DNA of 64,000 bases from Hormiphora californensis (taxonomy: Eukaryota > Animalia > Ctenophora), in the NCBI GenBank assembly GCA_020137815.1, contig CM035351.1:9238001-9302000 (forward strand). Reading direction: 5' to 3'. A program made the translations under genes and the position numbers. The notes beneath the pieces were generated by a model that had not been told where the DNA came from, did no database searches, and was given only the letters and a program-made list of their open reading frames with translations. Positions 48,956 through 64,000 of the stretch are shown piece by piece; the first letter of the stretch is position 1; each line of letters opens with the position of its first letter.

Positions 48956-50699
48956 CCCTGCCAGAAATAGATGGTCCATATAGGTCAATATTAGCTCAAT
49001 TAACGGGGCTATATCGTGCAAAATTACATTGTGGATTGGGCGATTTATTGATCCTTGTTATATATGTCTCGTTATTGCTTGGGTTACCATCTTCGTGTGC
49101 ATTGCCCGGGGTATCGCAACTACTGGAAAAGTAAGTCAGTTCTAGCTGGTCTCTGATTGGCTGATGACCAGTCAGGTGACCTAAATAACGAGTTCTGATT
49201 GGTTGTTTACTTCTATCTCTCTATTCAGGTTGTATTATTTCTCGGCAACTGCACCCTACGTTGTTCTGATTATTCTGTTGTTTCGGGGAGTTACCCTGGA
49301 GGGAGCCAATGACGGTATTGTCTACTTTCTTACACCTGAGGTAATTATTGTGTTACCATGGTGCAGGTGTTAACATTGTGTTACCATTGTGTTACCATTG
49401 TGTTACCATTTTGATACCATGGTGTAACACTAACTACCACTTCCCACTCCCTCCAGCCCAAACAAGTGCTAGATGTTCGTGTCTGGTCCAAGGTTACCAT
49501 GGTTACTATTATCACTTCCAATCCCATTTCAGCCCAACAACTGCTAGATGTCCGTGTCTGGTCTGCGGCAGCCTCTCAGATCTTCTACTCACTGGGTATC
49601 GGGTTTGGAGCTAGATCGTGTCTTTCACCAAGAACTGTGATAACATCATTCGAGACAGGTTAGCTAAAGGAGCTGCCGGATTCAGGAAATACTTGTCCCT
49701 GATTGGTTGATAACCAGTCACGTGACCTAAATACAGATTTCTGATTGGTTGTCAGTTTCTGAAATTAAAACAAGTTCCTCCCAGTATCATTATCACGGTG
49801 GTCAACTGCTCCACGACTATTCTGGGAGGACTTGTGATTTTCAGTATTATCGGGTACAGACAGACAATGACACATGTAGAAATCAGCAAGGTACGTACGT
49901 TGTACGTCATGTTTTTGCCTAGATCGACCCAATAAAGCTCGTGGTTTGAACAAAACAATCTATAGTTTATTGTTTTCTGGGGAACTCATAGATTTGCAGT
50001 TCTTTAACTCTTGCATCCCCATTACTCTCCAGTCTCCCCAATTATGATTTAACGGACAAAACCCTTTTCCCCAAGGGTGCCGTTAAATCGTGGTCCGACT
50101 GTATATGTATATATTATATATCATATTATGTGCTTCTTTACCACATTTCTAACAAACACACAGCAACCAATTAAACAAGAACTACATCCAAATAAAAAAC
50201 TTTTATTCCATTAGGGGAAGAGAGGTTCGAACATGGCAAGTACAATTTTCAGTAAGTGGAAGTTTTCCTACACTCGGTAAGTGCATACGACAATTGGTTC
50301 GTATAACGTTGTCAGATTGCGCGACCCTCTTTTGTAAACGCTGAGCCGGCTTGCGTGAGCGAGGGTTACGAAAGTAACAAGTATAACGTTGGTTTCAAAT
50401 CGTTATTGGGTGCAGCAGTCGCCCAGCGTATTTTGGGACGCCGCTCCTCATGGTACGGGAGCGCGCACAGTATTTGAGATGTTGAGAGTACAACGTTTCA
50501 GCACCACGGATGCGCGCGCATTTGGACCACATTTGTTCAATATATTCCACGGTATATTGCTCAATTTGGCCAATATATTGGGCACAATACGGACCTGTAT
50601 TGATCAATAAATCGCCCAATCCACAATGTAATTTTGCACGATATAGCCCCGTTAATTGAGCTAATATTGACCTATATGGACCATCTATTTCTGGCAGGG
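48956..50699. mobile_element. CACTA/EnSpm(CMC)-like TIR element carrying a host gene fragment
   Basis: ~98-bp perfect TIRs (48956-49053 / 50602-50699) with CCCTG...CAGGG termini and 2-bp flanks GA/GA. Confidence 0.75.
49054..49890 (+). pseudogene. Frameshifted fragment of an SLC6 sodium:neurotransmitter symporter gene (about TM4-TM7) with introns retained
   Basis: CLVIAWVTIFVCIARGIATTGK | [37 protein letters not shown] | LLDVRVWSAAASQIFYSLGIGFGA/..NIIRD | IIITVVNCSTTILGGLVIFSIIGY. Several indels; no other SLC6 exons recognised in the window. Confidence 0.85.
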
Positions 50700-51961
50700 G
50701 ACAGTCGAGTAGTTGTGAAGTTACAAAACCTTCTTAGACAAATTGTCTAAGAATTGTTTAACTTGTAACTTCTTATAAGTACACATAGAAATACCCCTTA
50801 TATACTGTCAGAGCATTGGCCTGACCCATTCTCGTTTCTCTCAAATTTGGAGCGGAGCGTGCGAGAACTGTGGTCAGAGCATTGGCCTGACAGCTTATTA
50901 TACAAGTCCGTAGTCCAAAATGATTTAGAGTTTAGACTGATATAATATAAGGGGTATTTCTATGTGTACTTATAAAGCTAAAAACTAGTAGCAGTAGTTT
51001 AAGTTAAACTACTGCTACTAGTTTAAACTTTAACGAATCAGAAGCATCTTATAAATAGAGCGTGTTCTATGTTTAGCACATCATTATGTAGTTTAGTATG
51101 GAAATCATGGGAATTTATAGGGAATTTCTGTCAGGCTAATGCAGAAGAATTTAGAGCAGGGGACTAGGGGAGAATACATGATGGTGAATATACTATACTA
51201 GTAGGCCCGTTCGCCCTACGGGCGAATTTCGGGGAAATGGTAGCTGGATTAGGGAACGCTGACATCACATGCACCATCCGTTCCTAGCCTATCTCTCACT
51301 TTCTCCCTACCCATGTTGTTGTACGCTCTGGGCTTCCTGACAATGTCAAGGTGCGAATTTAAGAGATCAATGTCATGGAGGTGCAGTGCTGTTCCAGAAA
51401 CTCATCACGTGAAAACTTCTCCGCTATGTAGCCGATTCGGAGATTTCTATATTCGACTGGAGTAATCACCCTTAGGCGACGTTGGGTAAAGCTATCCGTA
51501 GTCGTTGTCCGTTGATTGGCTCGCTTGAACACGTTGGCGTAATCTGTCATATTCTTTAGCCTGCTCCCTGACAGCAGCAGATCTTCCGGACCCAGATGAC
51601 CGTTGCCAAATAGCGCTTGGGGTTGAAGAGTTAGACATCAGGACAAAAGTAAAAGAATGCACGTGCAGAATTGAATTGGCCCTTGGTACCCAACTACAAC
51701 CGGCAGATAGGTATCCAAGTCCCTCTAATAATTGCACGTGCGGGTGTAGTTGCTAGGTGATGTAGCACCGACAAGTAGTATGATGATGGCATGGTGAAAT
51801 AGAGTGTTCTAGACTCTTTAGGAGAGCGGTAGAGATCTTGTAAACGCACTAAACCAATTGGCACGTGAATTGTTACCGTGTCATTCAATTAGCCAGAACA
51901 AAAGAAACTAAAAGTCAGAGCACTTTTCTATCCCGTGGTATATTCCCCCTCTCAAATCACC

Positions 51962-60938
<8,977 letters not shown>

Positions 60939-61063
60939 ACTTCACCTGCTTACATTCTAATGATAACTAACCAACCAAACTATAACATATTTGTCTGAAT
61001 GTAAGGGGCGATGGGCGAGAATAATATTGTTCCACAATTAACCCACCTTGTGTGATGACTGCA

Positions 61064-61977
61064 TCACCCGTATATACACTGGTTGACCATGTTAAGTAGT
61101 TGGGGGTTTTCCAGTGCAGCAGCTACCCGTTCCTTGTCTGCGAGCTGCTTGTTTATTGCCTGTTCTGTGTCGTGGGAACCAGGCGTGATACGCACATCCA
61201 CTTTGAACCTAGAGAGGAGGGAGTGAGGGGAATGTGTTACCAGAAATAAGAATGCTCTGACAGACAAAGATTACCGCTGGAATGTGTTACCATGGTTTCC
61301 ATACCTGCTAGCAAGTGATCGAAGTAGTTTTACTTTTAGAGACAGTCCAATTAGTGTAGCCATGCTGCAGTGAGGTATTGTCGGGGTGAACTTAACCTGA
61401 AACAACGGGTGTTACAAATATGATAGTAAGAGGTACTTGTTTGCACTTGAACCTTCTTCACTTTTGGGTACGATAAGAGCGGGTACACCGTACTCATTCT
61501 TCACTTCTCTCTATTTTCTGTGCGAAAGCGAACAAGTGTAAGATACACAATAGACAGACGAGACACCTGAATATCATATCCACACTCACATCAACATAGT
61601 TGTCAGTGTCATTGCAGGTTATCAGGTCCAGCTGAACAACACTCAATTCCTCCAAACTATTGGGGTGTTCCGGGTCTCTGATATCCCTTATCAGATCAAA
61701 TACCTCTCTGGAATCTACCTCGTCATATACCTAGGAAGTAGAGGGAAGAGTTATAGTACATGTACTACATGACCTGCTGAAGTAAAGGGGGGGTTATTGT
61801 CATACTACATTATATCTTTGTACAAGCTACATAGTCTTCGGCCCAGTGATGAGGGACCGTAGTATATTTCCTGCTCTGTAAACTGACCTCATTATCCCAG
61901 TCGGTGGCTGAAACTTCCCTGGCTGAGGCCCCGACTTTTATTGTGGGAGATGCGTTCTGTAGTGCAGCTCCGTTCAT
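61064..61977 (-). CDS. CIAO2B: Cytosolic Fe-S assembly component 2B (FAM96B/MIP18); exons 61977-61888, 61730-61590, 61396-61305, 61208-61064
   Basis: Motifs [37 protein letters not shown] and [26 protein letters not shown]. Confidence 0.95.
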
Positions 61978-62269
61978 GCTATGTGGGGAAACAGAGTTAG
62001 GGGTATGGACTGGGAAGAAGCTGGGTTGTTCAAATTAAGAAGGAGGAAGGGGGCATACAGGGGGAGGAAGGGGTAGGAGTAAAACACTAGGTGATATAAC
62101 AGTGAATTGTACAAATATAGCATGGTGATATAAAATTGAGCTGATGTTAAAAATAGCACGAACAAACAACAATTCCATATAAGTCCTGATGTTTCGATTT
62201 GTGTTCCACGAAGGATTCTCATCTTCTATTTCTGTTTACTAGATCATCTAACAAGTAATGACAGACACT

Positions 62270-63076
62270 TCATTCCTCAAAATCCTCGTTAGGAGCACAG
62301 AGGTATTCTACAAAACTAGTGCTCCCATCCTCAGTCCTGATCATGTATTGTAGGGACAGGAATCCCCTATCATCCATCCTCATTGACACCTTAGTACTTT
62401 GCAACAGAGCCTTTATAGAGGGTTTCAGTAGAGTTAGTTTGTATCGGTTGACCTGAGTCTTGGTGCACTCAAACGATTCCACCATATCAGAATCCCTGGG
62501 GAACTCACTGGAGGTAGTACCAGCCTGTCCGAATGTAGAGAGACGTAACCATGGCTCATCTGGTGACATTAGGATCTCTAGTACTGGGCTGCTATCATCC
62601 AGATCTGTGAATGTGTCCCTCAGACACTCTGATTTCATTATAATCTTGTTAACAACACCCAGACTAGTGAAATTAAAATCTAGAATCTCGTCAGCATCAA
62701 GGGTCTTTATGTTACACTCGGTAACCACCCCTCCCTCTTCCAGAACCAGGCCGAGAGACTTAGCAGGTTCATCGTAGAACATTTTGAGGGATGTGACAGC
62801 AGACCCAGGACCCCCGAACATGTTCAAACATTCCAATAGTACTGTGAGATTGATCCTGAACACTAGAGTATCAGAGGTGAAATTGAAGGACTGGAATAAT
62901 GCTTCCTGAATGAACGCATTCACTTGGGCACACTTGCTCTCTTCCACAGTAAACTTTAGCCCGTTACTGCTGATAAATACAGTGGCGTGATCCTTGAACG
63001 AGACAGATTTGAGAACAGTAGACATACAACGGACATTGTCCATGCGAGCCTCAAACATGTGCTGACTGGCCAACAT
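62270..63076 (-). CDS. RAD1: Checkpoint clamp subunit RAD1 (9-1-1 complex), single coding exon, 268 aa
   Basis: Motifs NGLKFTVEESKCAQVNAFIQ..F, FRINLTVLLECLN, LEEGGVVTEC, LRLSTFG and KVSMRMDDRGFLSLQYMI. Confidence 0.95.
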   Translation of the reverse strand: MLASQHMFEARMDNVRCMSTVLKSVSFKDHATVFISSNGLKFTVEESKCAQVNAFIQEALFQSFNFTSDTLVFRINLTVLLECLNMFGGPGSAVTSLKMFYDEPAKSLGLVLEEGGVVTECNIKTLDADEILDFNFTSLGVVNKIIMKSECLRDTFTDLDDSSPVLEILMSPDEPWLRLSTFGQAGTTSSEFPRDSDMVESFECTKTQVNRYKLTLLKPSIKALLQSTKVSMRMDDRGFLSLQYMIRTEDGSTSFVEYLCAPNEDFEE

Positions 63077-63500
63077 ACCTACAGCTGGGGAGGGTGTGAT
63101 TTGTTAAATATGGAGATCACACCACAGTGTGATTGGAGGTGTGATTTGTGTTTCACTTGATTCCTTTCCAGCGCTCAGTTCGGAGTCTTGTGATCTCACA
63201 CTGCGCGCTTCTCATGTGGTGTATTGGCGCGAGAAAATTAGAATGCTGACACTCTGTGGATGGGAGGTTAGAAGGGCGCGCGTGACGCAGGGACATTCGA
63301 GGACCGGGGATGCGCCACACACGGTACACACTACTGCACAACATCTGTATATATAGGGGTTCTCAGCTCTGAGACAAACTAGGGCATTGGCCAGTGGTTG
63401 ACCGATCATGTAAAAAGTCAAAACAAATTAATCAATCTGAATAAAAATGTTCGATAAAACTAACCCTGACTTTTCACTTTCCAGTCTTGGAATCCCTCAA

Positions 63501-63769
63501 TTATGTCACACCAAGCACCCTTGAAAGTTCAGGTAACTGAAAAAGGGAGATGGTAGGTCAATAATATAGTAAAATAACGTCCAAGTACTTACATCAGATT
63601 GCTGTATGTCAGGGTGCCATAGATCAACTATCAGAACCACTCTAACTTCACTGTCAGATAGATTTCTTGCTGAGTGTATGAATGAATCATCAAACACCAT
63701 ACACTCCCCCTCCTTCCAGGCTCTTTCTTCTCTCCCAACTGTCATTACACAATACCCAGTTTTAGGTAC
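63501..63769 (-). CDS. 3' exons of an aspartyl/asparaginyl beta-hydroxylase-domain protein (ASPH/ASPHD family); exons 63769-63593, 63536-63501
   Basis: WKEGECMVFDDSFIHSARN...RVVLIVDLWHPD. Confidence 0.85.
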
Positions 63770-64000
63770 CTGGGTGCCGGGTGGTGGTGAAATATATCGG
63801 TATTACAAATCTAACATGCACAACTGTTCAGAGCTCGCAAAAGAGTTGGCAGATTTCCAAACAAACACAACTCTCTTTGTACCTGTAATGCTAGGTGACA
63901 CCGGGCCCGGGTATTGGTAGGCCCACAGTGGGGTGTTATCTCCGACCCCGGGGGGAGAACGGAAAAGAAGGCATTTCCAAACACAGTCCCTGCTAGAAAA

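Noticed and set aside
51340-51890. Coding-like stretch with short minus-strand ORFs, possibly a decayed transposase
   Set aside because: No motif could be matched with confidence; needs BLASTX or HMM search.
61590-61730. Apparent frameshift in CIAO2B exon 2
   Set aside because: On recount the exon is 141 nt and open ([11 protein letters not shown]); gene intact.

Overview
Eukaryotic (animal) genomic DNA with GT-AG introns, not prokaryotic; no rRNA, tRNA or CRISPR features found. Compact genes, start codons directly preceded by splice acceptors and a recalled intronic repeat point to a cydippid ctenophore (inference only). Exons were spliced by hand with phase checks. Plus-strand cluster: 3' end of NFATC2IP/Rad60-like, a Gyp7-class TBC RabGAP, TTLL12, a mitochondrial EF-G2 (GFM2) with three +1 frameshifts, and snurportin-1. 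The TBC gene hosts a complete antisense NMNAT gene in intron 5 and a candidate antisense Ser-repeat/Cys-rich gene in intron 6. Minus strand: a divergent rhodopsin-class GPCR and a membrane-anchored arylsulfatase. A repeat-rich stretch (about 37-52 kb) includes a TIR element that appears to have captured an intron-containing SLC6 fragment. A papain-family protease with a C-terminal ShKT domain follows; its first intron holds a 5.2-kb three-layer nested transposon built from ~10-bp periodic AAAGCGCTTT palindromes. The window ends with a minus-strand cluster of an ASPH-domain gene, RAD1 and CIAO2B. Many non-autonomous DNA transposons have readable TIRs and TSDs (hAT-, Merlin-, Kolobok-, Harbinger-, Tc1/mariner- and CACTA-like).
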